The notes below the pieces were generated by a model, which saw only the letters and a program-made list of their open reading frames with translations, was not told where the DNA came from and did not search any database. This document shows positions 49,738-59,861 of a DNA stretch of 64,000 bases, piece after piece (within the stretch, counting starts at the first letter, position 1; each line of letters begins with the position of its first letter). Source of the DNA: an uncultured bacterium (GTDB lineage: Bacteria > CAYUVA01). The stretch is taken from assembly GCA_964448115.1 (NCBI GenBank), contig CAYUVA010000004.1:1-64000 (forward strand). Direction: 5' to 3'. The position numbers were made by a program, and so were the translations under genes.

Positions 49738-50490
49738 TTATCTATTTATTTCCTGTTCGAGCCTGAATTTCTCGCCCAGGTAAAACTTTCTGACCTTCTC
49801 CGAGTTGGCTAGCTCAAAGGGCGTGCCATCGGCGAGGATCTTACCCTCGTTTATTATATAAGCGCGATCGGTGATCTCCAGGGTAACCCGCACGTTATGA
49901 TCGGTAACTAGTACGCCGATCCCCTTTGCCTTCAATTGCTGGATAATGTTCTGAATATCGATGACTGCCAGGGGGTCTATGCCAGCAAACGGCTCATCGA
50001 GCAGTATGAAAGCAGGATTGGTGATCAAAGCCCTGGTGATCTCCAGCCTTCTCCTTTCGCCGCCGGAGAGCGCATCAGCCCGCACCTTTGCCAGGTGGGT
50101 GATCCCCAGCTCTGAAAGTAGCTTCTCTAGCAATTCCTGGTATTGCGACCTTTTTACAGGCAGGGTCTCGATGATAGCGAGCAGGTTCTCCTCGACGGTC
50201 AGCTTGCGAAATACCGAAGGCTCCTGCGGCAGGTACCCGATCCCTCGCCTGGCGCGTTGGTACATCGGCATGTCGGTGATCTCGTGGTTATCGATGAATA
50301 CCCGCCCCTTTTCTGGTTTTATCAAGCCTACTATCATGTAAAAGGTGGTGGTCTTGCCGGCTCCGTTAGGTCCGAGCAATCCCACTATCTCACCGCTGGA
50401 GATGCCCAGGCTGACCTGATCGACAACTCGCCGTTCTCTGTATGCCTTGACCAGGGCTTCGCAGCGCAACCTGTGTTCTTCGTTTGCCAT
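49738..50490 (-). CDS. lptB: LPS export ABC transporter ATP-binding protein
   Basis: Motifs [33 protein letters not shown] and YLGEKF; upstream of rpoN. Confidence 0.96.
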   Translation of the reverse strand: MANEEHRLRCEALVKAYRERRVVDQVSLGISSGEIVGLLGPNGAGKTTTFYMIVGLIKPEKGRVFIDNHEITDMPMYQRARRGIGYLPQEPSVFRKLTVEENLLAIIETLPVKRSQYQELLEKLLSELGITHLAKVRADALSGGERRRLEITRALITNPAFILLDEPFAGIDPLAVIDIQNIIQQLKAKGIGVLVTDHNVRVTLEITDRAYIINEGKILADGTPFELANSEKVRKFYLGEKFRLEQEINR

Positions 50491-50516
50491 TGAATGTTAC
50501 GAATATCTTTACTTCT

Positions 50517-50545
50517 AATATAGGTTAATCATCCATCCAAGTCAA
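50517..50545 (-). promoter_or_regulatory. Probable sigma-70 promoter of the lptB-rpoN operon
   Basis: TTGACT-17 nt-TATATT on the minus strand. Confidence 0.55.
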
Positions 50546-50581
50546 TGGTATAAATTTTGCAGGCGAGACCCCGATCAGCTA

Positions 50582-52141
50582 TTGAACTTCAAATTAGGCT
50601 CAAACTGTTATACCCTGTTGGACATAATGGCGCTCTTCTGGCTGAGGTTATCGGTATTCAATAGGCTATGGTTGCTGCCCCTGCTCGTATATTTATTTTT
50701 TTCTACTGTCTTGCTGTTTCAAGGCAAGATACATGTTGACGAGGGAACCTACTTAGCCTCTGCCGCCCTGTTAGCTGATGGGAAGCTCCCCTACATCGAC
50801 TATCTATACCTCCAGATGCCAGTGTTTCCCTTCATATATGGAGGTTTGTTTTACATTATCGGCAGCGGACTGCTCAAGGCTCGCCTGATCTCCATGCTCT
50901 TCGGATTCGCTTGCCTTTTATTGACCATGATGCTGGCGAGTAAAATCCAAGGCAGGGAGGCAGCTATCCTGGCCGCCACCCTGTTTGCTTTATGTCCCAT
51001 GCAGGCATACTACTTCATGATCGCCCGCATATTCTCCATGGCATCGTTTTTCCTTGTTTTAGGCATATACCTGGTTTATGCGGGCAAGGGAAGATACTGG
51101 TACGATATTGCGGGGGCTAGCGCGGTTACCCTGTCGGTGCTGACCAGGCTCACCTTGGCTCCCATGCTCCTTATGCTATTGGCTTATATTTTACTTAGAG
51201 ATAAAAGGCTAAGTCGAGGCTTCATATACTCATGTCTTGCGAGCCTTGTAATCATCGCCATCTCAACAGTCCCCTTTCTAATCGCTGCCCCACAAGCCTT
51301 CATCTACTGCATCATAGGCTTCCATCTGGAGCTTAAAATGGGTGTGCAGGGGAATCCCTGGCTGGCTAAACTGAGAATAATCGCCGATATGCTCTGGTTT
51401 TACGCACCACTGGTTGTTCTGGGAATGTTGGCAGTTTATGGATGGCTGCGGGGAACGATAAGACGAGGCGACTTGTCCGGTGATACCGCCCGTTTTCTCA
51501 TGGCTATTATGGGTGGGCTTCTGGTCGTTTTATTGGGGCATCTTTCAGCCAAGTACAGCCAAAGCTCTTACCAGACGGTGATCTTCCCGGTGGCTGTTCT
51601 TTTAGTCGCGATTGCGTTGATCAATTATATGCGCATTATGCTTTCAAACACTATAGTTATAGCCTTATTGATCATCAGCGCATTGATCTCGCTGAGCAGC
51701 TTACCCCGTTTTATGTCAGATATGGATCACACAAGCGCAATGGGGCTTCTTGGCAAGCAGAAGAGGATATTATTAAAGCATCTCCCCGTTGGATCTCTGG
51801 TCATTTCCTCGGATACGCCCCTTTTGCCGATCGAGGCGGGGATGAGCATCCATACTAGCTTCGTATCCAACGAGTATTTCCCTGATTATGATACCAGGCG
51901 CTGCCGCCAGCTCCACCTGGTAAACGACGAGATACTGCTCGATTTAGTAAAATCAGGGATCGCTGATGGAATCCTGATACAGGATTACTCATATACCTTA
52001 GCCTTCCCGAACCTCAAGCGGGTGCCCCTAAAAAATCGAGAGCGCATAATACAAGCCATTGCAAGGCGTTATCGCCTGGTCGAGACCATGCCCAACCTGT
52101 ACAATAAGGGCATAAAAACCTATCTATATATCAAGAGATGA
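50582..52141 (+). CDS. GT-C fold (PMT_2/ArnT-like) membrane glycosyltransferase
   Basis: HVDEGTY first loop and GKLPYIDY...QMP; many TM segments. The start may be the ATG at 50627. Confidence 0.75.
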   Translation: MNFKLGSNCYTLLDIMALFWLRLSVFNRLWLLPLLVYLFFSTVLLFQGKIHVDEGTYLASAALLADGKLPYIDYLYLQMPVFPFIYGGLFYIIGSGLLKARLISMLFGFACLLLTMMLASKIQGREAAILAATLFALCPMQAYYFMIARIFSMASFFLVLGIYLVYAGKGRYWYDIAGASAVTLSVLTRLTLAPMLLMLLAYILLRDKRLSRGFIYSCLASLVIIAISTVPFLIAAPQAFIYCIIGFHLELKMGVQGNPWLAKLRIIADMLWFYAPLVVLGMLAVYGWLRGTIRRGDLSGDTARFLMAIMGGLLVVLLGHLSAKYSQSSYQTVIFPVAVLLVAIALINYMRIMLSNTIVIALLIISALISLSSLPRFMSDMDHTSAMGLLGKQKRILLKHLPVGSLVISSDTPLLPIEAGMSIHTSFVSNEYFPDYDTRRCRQLHLVNDEILLDLVKSGIADGILIQDYSYTLAFPNLKRVPLKNRERIIQAIARRYRLVETMPNLYNKGIKTYLYIKR

Positions 52142-54642
52142 GGGCACTGATCGCAATACTTCCCGCTATCATGATACTTTTCTTCGCGTCTGTTTGCGGG
52201 ATCTATGTTTACTATGGTGCTATCAATGTTGACGAGGGTTTCTATGTGCTCTCTGCCTGGCTGACTCGAATGGGCAAGGTTCCCTCGGTCGATTTCTTTT
52301 ACAATCAGCCCCCGATATATCCATACATATACGGCTTTTTGCAGGGCATCGCCGGCTTCGGACTGCTATCGGGGAGGATCGTATCAGTTATCTTTGCTTT
52401 AGGAAGCATCCTGCTTATCTATCGGAAAATATCCAGGTGCGGCGATATTGAATCAAGGCTGATCTATTGTGCCCTTATCTGCCTATCCCCGCTTGCTGCC
52501 TACTATCTGAGCATCGCCAAGCTGTATGCTCTAGGAGCCGTATTGTTAAGCCTGGGAACATATTTCCTTTGCGAGGTTAGCAAATCGAGGCTGGCGCCTT
52601 ATTTGGCGATCGCATTTATCTCCTTGGCTTGCGGGGTGCGCCTGACCTGTTTCCCAGTGCTCATCGCAGCCTGGATGCTGGTGTGGATCTTCGGATCACC
52701 GCGCACGGCAATCAACAGCTCCATGCTCTCAGCCTCGATTATTAGCCTGCTCTACGCTCCATATCTTATCATCGATGCCCAGCGCTACATCTACCAAGTC
52801 TATACCTACATCATCGAGAAGGATGTTATTCCTTTGAAGCGCTTGCTGCTTCATCGCATAGATGGCGCTGCCAACCTGGCGCAGAATTATTGGCTCATCA
52901 TACTGGTGCCCTTGGTGTGGCTTTTATATGGCTTAACTGCTGGGGACCTGCCAAAGAGGTTAAAAAGGCTGTTGACTACAGATAAGACCGAAGCACAACC
53001 AAGCGAGATGATCCTTTGGATTTGCTGGCTCGCCTTTGTTATTGCCCATTTCGGCGTGAAGAAGCAGAGCATCGATCGCTACCTGGTCATGGCAATGCCC
53101 TTGGCCGCTGGTGCGGTTGCGCTGAGCATCTCCAGGTGGCTGAATAGCCTCGATGATCGAATAGTAAGGCGGGTGGTGGTCGGCGGAGTGCTGATTATAT
53201 CTTTGTTGCTCTGCTTCGGGCAGGTTGGCGAATACCTGGCGGTGCCTCTCGGAACCAGTAAGATCGCATACCTCGAACTGGTTGCCGGAGATATCAAGCA
53301 GCTTGTGCAAAAGCATTTCGAGGCGGGGGATGCCACGGCAAAGACCCCCTCCGGTGGGGAGAAAAGATCAGCAGATGGATTTCTGCTTAGCTTCAACAAC
53401 GCGCTGGCACCGATGACCGGGCTGATGCCATATCCTGGCTACGAGATGAATACCTTGAGCTTCCAGGATAACTGGGATTTAGCCCGGTGTCTCGATTATC
53501 GAATCATCAACCATCGAATGTTGTCCAATGCGCTGAAGAATCACGAAATTGCGGTTATCCTCATCACCGATAAGACCTTCAGCCACAACTTTCCACGCTT
53601 CAGACCAGCGCCTTTTAATATGGTCGCTGAGCTGATGTCCCTGATAAAGGAGAACTATCGCCTGGTGAGAAAATATCCTGGCTTGGGTTACTTCGGGGAG
53701 GAGGCGCTTCTTTATACACCCAAACAAGGGGATCAATCCCAGTGGTTCCCCTCACAGCAGGACGCAACCCGGCGAGGATGGCTCAAAGCGGCACAACGGC
53801 TATACCTTAAGGGCGATTTCGAGGCTGCTTATGCCATATATGATTCGCTGGCAAGGGAGCAGTGGCTCAAGGGCATTCATCGATCATATTATTTTGACTC
53901 GATTCGGAACCTTTTCAAATGCGACCATTCGACAAATATAGCTGTAAAGGCAACTTATGAATTGCCCCTACAATGGCGCACAATGGATGAAACACAGCAG
54001 TTCGTATCGTCGGTCGAGTTAGGCGCTTTTGGCATCGAACACAGCAAATTCAGGGACCAAGCCTTAAGATACCTTGCAAAGGCGCATCAGCTTCAACCAG
54101 AGAACTACTTGCCTCTTTTGTACAAGGGGATCATCCAATGGCTGGAGTCAGGTGCGAAGGAGGCTCTTGATGATGCCCTCGACCTGAAGGGATTGCTCGC
54201 CAGCAGCGACCTGCCTTACTACCATTTCATGCTTGGAGAGGCTTACTTGTGTGCACCGAAGATAGCCAGGAACGCTCGACAAGCTGGCGATCTGGATCAA
54301 GCCTGGACAAAGCAGGAGATGCTCCAGGCTGCTCTGCATCACTACCAGGCTGCCCTAAACAGCGATCCCACATTTGCCATAGCTTACTTGCGCTTGGGGG
54401 ATTTATACCTGCTAGATGGCGATGTGGCAAAAGCCGAAGCATATTACTCGATCGCCGATGATCTCGATAAAAGCCTGGGCGAGCTGGTGCAGCGCCGCAA
54501 AAGGCTTTTGGCTGGTGAGGCGATGATTGGCGCAGGGGCGAGATTACCCCCTAAGGCAACCTCAATGATCCGGATCATAGCGCCTAGGGTCGATATCCTT
54601 GAGCCGCTGGTTGAAAAGATACTGGCTGAGTCGCTGCCATGA
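52138..54642 (+). CDS. GT-C fold membrane glycosyltransferase with a C-terminal TPR region
   Basis: NVDEGFY and GKVPSVDFFYNQPP; paralogous to the upstream gene; TPR motif AYLRLGDLY. Confidence 0.75.
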   Translation: MRALIAILPAIMILFFASVCGIYVYYGAINVDEGFYVLSAWLTRMGKVPSVDFFYNQPPIYPYIYGFLQGIAGFGLLSGRIVSVIFALGSILLIYRKISRCGDIESRLIYCALICLSPLAAYYLSIAKLYALGAVLLSLGTYFLCEVSKSRLAPYLAIAFISLACGVRLTCFPVLIAAWMLVWIFGSPRTAINSSMLSASIISLLYAPYLIIDAQRYIYQVYTYIIEKDVIPLKRLLLHRIDGAANLAQNYWLIILVPLVWLLYGLTAGDLPKRLKRLLTTDKTEAQPSEMILWICWLAFVIAHFGVKKQSIDRYLVMAMPLAAGAVALSISRWLNSLDDRIVRRVVVGGVLIISLLLCFGQVGEYLAVPLGTSKIAYLELVAGDIKQLVQKHFEAGDATAKTPSGGEKRSADGFLLSFNNALAPMTGLMPYPGYEMNTLSFQDNWDLARCLDYRIINHRMLSNALKNHEIAVILITDKTFSHNFPRFRPAPFNMVAELMSLIKENYRLVRKYPGLGYFGEEALLYTPKQGDQSQWFPSQQDATRRGWLKAAQRLYLKGDFEAAYAIYDSLAREQWLKGIHRSYYFDSIRNLFKCDHSTNIAVKATYELPLQWRTMDETQQFVSSVELGAFGIEHSKFRDQALRYLAKAHQLQPENYLPLLYKGIIQWLESGAKEALDDALDLKGLLASSDLPYYHFMLGEAYLCAPKIARNARQAGDLDQAWTKQEMLQAALHHYQAALNSDPTFAIAYLRLGDLYLLDGDVAKAEAYYSIADDLDKSLGELVQRRKRLLAGEAMIGAGARLPPKATSMIRIIAPRVDILEPLVEKILAESLP

Positions 54643-55952
54643 GCCTGCATAATAAAAAGAGAATAATCGCTGCCTTTAGCCTCCTGTTTTTCACCAAGGC
54701 AGTCATATATTCTCTTGTGCTTCCCCCCTGGCAGGGCGAGGATGAACCGCAGCACCTCGCATATCTGTTGATGGATAAATACGAAGACAAGCAAGGTCTG
54801 CCCAAGAAGATGCTTGTATCCAGCATAGAAAACCGCATCATCGACTCCATGCGAGAGCACCGGTTCTTCGAGCTGCACGACCTGGTCGCGCCTAGAGGGG
54901 ATAGCGGCTTCGCCTCATTCTACAAGGAGGCGAGGGTGTCAAGCCAGCCTCGACTCTATTATCAACTCGCAAAGCCGATCATTAGGGCAGCAGGAAATGA
55001 TCCTCTCATTCAGCTCTATGCCGGGAGGCTGCTTTCATCGCTATTCGGGGCGGTGACCGTCGCTTGCATTCTGCTTGCTGTAGCTATCGCCTTTGGTGAG
55101 ACCCAATGCGTGCTGGCGGCAGGCATTCTACTAAGCCTCCTCCCTTACTTCTCGTACCTTGCTGGTCGATTCAACAACGATATCCTGGCAGGGCTTATGG
55201 GAGCAGCAGCGCTGGCGGTCATCATCGCGTTGTATCGTTACCAGCCTAGGTTGGGTCATATTATTCTACTTTTCTTGATCTGCCTGGCAGGCATCCAAAG
55301 CAAGCGAAGCTTCGTTGCGATTGCCTTGTTCGTAGCGCTTGCGATATGGGCTTTACCAGCCAGCAACCTTACCGGTCGCCTGGGACGAACTAGCTTGTTA
55401 TTCATGGTTGCTGTTTCACTTAGTTTGATCATTGTATTGTTAGCCCAGGTGATGTCTGCGGATGTCGATGTAATCGAGCAGATCAAGGTTCATTTCCAAT
55501 ATATTAATTATATCAGCCTTCACTCGGCAGTCGAGTTTTCAAAGCAGATGACCAAAAGCTTCATCGGTACAAGCCACTGGGGGCACGGGCAGATGCCGGC
55601 TTGGATTTATGCCTCGATCGGGATCACGCTATTGCTGCTTTTCATTATAGGGATGGTCGAGCTTGGATTACGCTTTGATGCTGGCTTGGGGCTGGGGATG
55701 CTCGTCCTGCTTCTTATTTCAGGTTTTTGCGTTTTTATTTATTATCTTCAGGGTGGATATGAGTGGAATCGAGCCTCGGCGCGCTACATGCTGCCAGCAA
55801 TGGGTGCCTTTATCCTCATAGCTACTGCGGGGATGCGAAGCCTTGATGGGAAAAAATGGAGTAGATGGGCGAGCTATTTATTGCTTCTGGTGCTGTTGGT
55901 TAACGAGGTTTATTACTTCACGGCATATATCTTAGGCATGTACCTGCCTTAG
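54639..55952 (+). CDS. DUF2142-like GT-C membrane protein
   Basis: Motifs PPWQGEDEPQH, QPRLYY, NND and ARYMLP. Confidence 0.7.
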   Translation: MSLHNKKRIIAAFSLLFFTKAVIYSLVLPPWQGEDEPQHLAYLLMDKYEDKQGLPKKMLVSSIENRIIDSMREHRFFELHDLVAPRGDSGFASFYKEARVSSQPRLYYQLAKPIIRAAGNDPLIQLYAGRLLSSLFGAVTVACILLAVAIAFGETQCVLAAGILLSLLPYFSYLAGRFNNDILAGLMGAAALAVIIALYRYQPRLGHIILLFLICLAGIQSKRSFVAIALFVALAIWALPASNLTGRLGRTSLLFMVAVSLSLIIVLLAQVMSADVDVIEQIKVHFQYINYISLHSAVEFSKQMTKSFIGTSHWGHGQMPAWIYASIGITLLLLFIIGMVELGLRFDAGLGLGMLVLLLISGFCVFIYYLQGGYEWNRASARYMLPAMGAFILIATAGMRSLDGKKWSRWASYLLLLVLLVNEVYYFTAYILGMYLP

Positions 55953-56062
55953 ATACTTGATAAGCCTGGATTTTCGAATAATTGCCTAGCAGATTCACCG
56001 CAACCTGGTTGTAAAACTCAGCACTTCAATCCAGAGATGCTCATAGAACAATCGCTCCTTGA

Positions 56063-56506
56063 TTAGTGTGAATGTTTGCCATCCTCCTTGCCTCGCACCC
56101 TAAAGGCTAGGTCCTTTAAGGTAACCTCTGCCAAGCGCTGGTGAACCATGTTCCCGACTTCCCTTATGAGATCCCCCAACATGCATTCCTGGTTATCGCA
56201 GATAGGGGATCCCAGAAGGCAGTCGGTGATGATTAAGGGACCGTCAATCTTCTCTACAAGCTCCAACAAGGAGAGCTTTGACGGATCCCTCTGGAGCGAG
56301 AATCCGCCCTTCGCTCCCCTGCTGGAGCTTATGATCTCGGTCTTAACCAGCTTTTGCAACACCTTGGAGAGGTGCGACTCGGAGACTCCTATATCTTCTG
56401 CTATCTGTCCGGCAGACAGCGATATTCCGATCCCTTTAGATGCCAAATATGCAAGCGCATGTATGCCCAGGTTCGATGCCTCTGATATACCAAGAATGTT
56501 CTTCAT
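56063..56506 (-). CDS. Rrf2-family transcriptional regulator with three Cys
   Basis: Motifs HLSKVLQKL, SSRGAKGGF and CLLGSPICDNQEC; AAGGAG RBS before the ATG at 56506. Confidence 0.93.
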   Translation of the reverse strand: MKNILGISEASNLGIHALAYLASKGIGISLSAGQIAEDIGVSESHLSKVLQKLVKTEIISSSRGAKGGFSLQRDPSKLSLLELVEKIDGPLIITDCLLGSPICDNQECMLGDLIREVGNMVHQRLAEVTLKDLAFRVRGKEDGKHSH

Positions 56507-56562
56507 CTGTCGCTCCTTCTGCCCAGTTTCATGTTCATGATCCAGTGTCCATATCGGTATTC

Positions 56563-56597
56563 GGTATCCTAATACCTGTTTCAAAAACAAATGTCAA
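56563..56597 (-). promoter_or_regulatory. Probable promoter with an overlapping inverted repeat (candidate Rrf2 operator)
   Basis: TTGACA-17 nt-TATTAG on the minus strand; GGTAT-N4-ATACC at 56563-56576 overlaps the -10 element. Confidence 0.45.
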
Positions 56598-56653
56598 CCC
56601 CAAACGGTATCACTTCCTCTTTGTGTCTTAGTGCCCTTGTGGTTGAATACCCC

Positions 56654-57559
56654 TCAAGCCTCGTGCCTCAATCTTTCTTTCCCGATGAACTCTATTATGC
56701 CGGGGGTGATATCGGTGATAGCTGAAATCTTGTGCTCAAGAAGACTACGAATCGGTCCCCAGAGGAATGTCGGCACTTTGTTGGTTGTATGTTCCCTGGT
56801 TGTGAGATCTTCAAGGTTACCGTGATCGGATGACAACACGACCGAATGCCTTGAGAGATCCGTATTCTCAAGTACGGCGACCACGAACTCATCCAGCTTC
56901 CTTACCTCCTGGCAGGACATCTCCTTATTGCGATGGTGCGCTACCATATCGCTGATAAAGTACTCGTAGAGCACCAGATCATAATCCAAAGACATCCTGG
57001 CGAGCCTTTTCCCTGCCTCTGTGGGTGTAAATTCGGGCACATCATAGCCGAGTCGTTGTAAAAATTTATTAGTGAAGTCTTGATATATTCCTCGCCCTTG
57101 CAGCAGGTCTTTGATACGCATGAAATCGAGTCCAGCAGCCCTGACTAATGTGGTGCTTACCGAGTCGGGACGCAACCTCTTCTCGCTGAAAAACAGGTCT
57201 TGATATACATTGGCAAAGGCGACCTTGAAGCCACCCTGGTTTAGATCCTTGAGAATATTGCGCTCATATATAATCTTTTTAAGCCCCTCTGGCGGGAAGG
57301 CGTTTATATGCTTCCCCATTTTTTCTTGGGCATTGATGCCGGTAAAAAGGCTGGTCTGTCCAGTTGCGCTTTGCGGGATGCCAGGCACGCCAAGCACCGC
57401 ATCGGTTGGGATGGCTATTCCGTCAAAGGGGCGCTCCACTGGCTGCCCAGCACGCAAGCCCTTGAAGATGCGGTTCGGCTCTAGCTCCAGCGGATTGGAG
57501 TCTTTATTGCTCGCATCCCCGATGCCCAAGCCGTCTATGAATATGAAAAGCACGCTCAT
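56654..57559 (-). CDS. Alkaline-phosphatase-superfamily metalloenzyme (iPGM/phosphopentomutase-like)
   Basis: Motifs FIDGLG, PQSATGQT, SDMVAH, SDHGN and HTTNKVP. Confidence 0.85.
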   Translation of the reverse strand: MSVLFIFIDGLGIGDASNKDSNPLELEPNRIFKGLRAGQPVERPFDGIAIPTDAVLGVPGIPQSATGQTSLFTGINAQEKMGKHINAFPPEGLKKIIYERNILKDLNQGGFKVAFANVYQDLFFSEKRLRPDSVSTTLVRAAGLDFMRIKDLLQGRGIYQDFTNKFLQRLGYDVPEFTPTEAGKRLARMSLDYDLVLYEYFISDMVAHHRNKEMSCQEVRKLDEFVVAVLENTDLSRHSVVLSSDHGNLEDLTTREHTTNKVPTFLWGPIRSLLEHKISAITDITPGIIEFIGKERLRHEA

Positions 57560-57671
57560 CGCAAGCTATTTTTAACATAGAGAGCGGTTTTAGCAAATAC
57601 TCCCTTTAGATTGCGCATTGCACGGATTTTGATATCCTATCTCAAAAGGCTAACTGAAAGGAGCAAAAAAT

Positions 57672-58568
57672 ATGTGGATCCAAGAGCCGACCAAGGTTCA
57701 CCAGGGGCTGTATTTTCTCGGCAGAGAGGAGCTTCCCATCTATCTGGTCAAGGGCGAGCGAGAGGCTTTCTTGATCGAAGGAGGGCTGAAGCCGATTACA
57801 CCATTGGTCTTGAATCAAATCAGCGAATACGACATAGATCCATCAAGCATCAGCGGGCTTGTAATACTCCACAGCCATTATGATCACACCGGCGCGGTGC
57901 CCTCGCTGAAGCGCAACCTTCCCAACCTGATCATTCATGGCTCCGAGCGCTGCCGGGCGAATCTATCCAATCCAAAGGTGCTGCGCTTTATCGACAAGGT
58001 CAATGACTCGATCATCGAATACCTGGGGCTTAGAGGGACTCTTGGCGACTGCGAGCAGGCAATAGACTCGCTGACGGTCGAGATTACACATAAGCAAGGG
58101 GACAGCGTTGAGCTAGGGGGCGTTTCGCTGCATTTTTACGAGGCGCCGGGGCACAGCGACTGCGGAATGGCGGTCTATATACCGCAATGGGAGACCCTTT
58201 TTATCTCCGACTTCGGCGGATTCCTGAATGATATTGATGATATCTTTGCTGTCCCCTTTCAGGACATCAATCTGTACATTGAGACCATCAAGAAACTGAG
58301 CGAGCTTGATGTGAAGGTGATCTGCCTGGGGCATTTCGGCATACTGACCGAGCGTGATGCTGCCGACTTTTTTAAGCGAGCGCTCGATGCCACGCATGGT
58401 TTACATGGCAAAGTCATCGAGAACCTATCAAGCCTCGAAGAGGTCCCCCAGTTCACCGAGCAGTGGATGCTACAGAACTACCGAGGACGGATTACCCTGA
58501 TACCAAAGGATGTGTTCCGCAAGACCTTCGAGCACATGGTCAGGATGATCCTCAATACAGCCAATTAG
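57672..58568 (+). CDS. Metallo-beta-lactamase-fold hydrolase
   Basis: Motifs HSHYDH, PGHS, SD and GH. Confidence 0.88.
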   Translation: MWIQEPTKVHQGLYFLGREELPIYLVKGEREAFLIEGGLKPITPLVLNQISEYDIDPSSISGLVILHSHYDHTGAVPSLKRNLPNLIIHGSERCRANLSNPKVLRFIDKVNDSIIEYLGLRGTLGDCEQAIDSLTVEITHKQGDSVELGGVSLHFYEAPGHSDCGMAVYIPQWETLFISDFGGFLNDIDDIFAVPFQDINLYIETIKKLSELDVKVICLGHFGILTERDAADFFKRALDATHGLHGKVIENLSSLEEVPQFTEQWMLQNYRGRITLIPKDVFRKTFEHMVRMILNTAN

Positions 58569-58571
58569 TCA

Positions 58572-59861
58572 TTGAACAAAGCGGCAAAAAGTGCTGTACC
58601 TGTGCTGGGCATCTTTATCATAGCACTTTGTCTGCGACTATGTTTCGGGCTTTTCCATGCGCCAAGACCACTGGCTGACATCGATGGTTACCTGCGCTTA
58701 GCAAAGAGCTTATCTAAACAGGTGGGGCTATCTTTCCATAAAGGAGCGCCGACCTCGCAGAGACCACCGCTTTACCCGCTGTTTCTAGCCACCCTGATCC
58801 TGAATTCGAGGGATATCGACCGGGCGGTGATCATCTGGCAGTCGATGCTAGGCGCTGCCAGCGCGGTGATCATATTTATGGCGGTAAGGCTGATTTTACC
58901 CTTTATTTATAGCATCATTGCCGGGCTTATCGCTGCGGTTTACCCGTTTTTCATCTACTATTCGAGCCGCATATTGACCGAGACCTTGACTATTTTTCTT
59001 TTATCGCTGCTGGCTTTGGTTTACCTGATTATGTTAAAGGAGGCTATGGAGAAACAAAGGCTGGACATTCTTTACCTTGTGCTTACCGGCTGGATCTGCG
59101 CCCTGCTTGCCCTGACCCGATCTAACCTTTTTATGTTGGTTTTGCTGGTGCCGTTGGATCTTTTTCTCAAGCGAAGATACCTCAAGGGGCGAGTCGCGGT
59201 CTCCATTGCGATCTTCCTGATTAGCTTCTCGATGCTGTACAGCCCGTGGGTCTGGTACAACTACAGGGTTCATCATAGGCTGATATTGACCAATACAAAC
59301 GGCGGATACACTTTCCTGGAGGGAAATAATCCTGAGTTTTACCAGAACATGGTCGCCCGCTTCCCTAAAGCTCCTCGCTGGGAAAAGGATGACTGGGAGG
59401 ATTGGAGGGCACGGATCTTCAACCAGACCGCCCTTTTGGATGAGGCTTCACGCAGCGATTACTTCTATGCGATGGCATTCGACTACATAAAGGAGCATCC
59501 CTTCTGCTTTGTCCACTCCACTTTCGTCAAGGCAATTTGGTTCATCAGCCCATTTATAAAAAGCAATGATACCAAGCTAAGCATCATCGGATTTATTGCA
59601 TACTCCCCGCTTCTCGTGCTAATGGTCATAGGATTACTCTCCTGGCTGCGCGGCATAAGCAAGCGTGGAGGCTCGGCTTCAGCATCGATTTATGATCATT
59701 ATAGCTTGTTCATGGTGATTTTTATCGCGAACTGGGGATTATGCGCCCTGTACTGGTCGCAGATGCGCTATCGTACCAGCCTGATGCCACTGGGGATGAT
59801 GATCGCCATGGCGGGATTGAGGGTCTGTATGAAGCGAATCAGCGCTACTCGAGATAGATAG
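58572..59861 (+). CDS. GT-C fold (family 39-like) membrane glycosyltransferase
   Basis: DIDGY loop, RPPLYPLFL, LTE, PWVWYN...GNNP and RYR motifs. Confidence 0.78.
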   Translation: MNKAAKSAVPVLGIFIIALCLRLCFGLFHAPRPLADIDGYLRLAKSLSKQVGLSFHKGAPTSQRPPLYPLFLATLILNSRDIDRAVIIWQSMLGAASAVIIFMAVRLILPFIYSIIAGLIAAVYPFFIYYSSRILTETLTIFLLSLLALVYLIMLKEAMEKQRLDILYLVLTGWICALLALTRSNLFMLVLLVPLDLFLKRRYLKGRVAVSIAIFLISFSMLYSPWVWYNYRVHHRLILTNTNGGYTFLEGNNPEFYQNMVARFPKAPRWEKDDWEDWRARIFNQTALLDEASRSDYFYAMAFDYIKEHPFCFVHSTFVKAIWFISPFIKSNDTKLSIIGFIAYSPLLVLMVIGLLSWLRGISKRGGSASASIYDHYSLFMVIFIANWGLCALYWSQMRYRTSLMPLGMMIAMAGLRVCMKRISATRDR

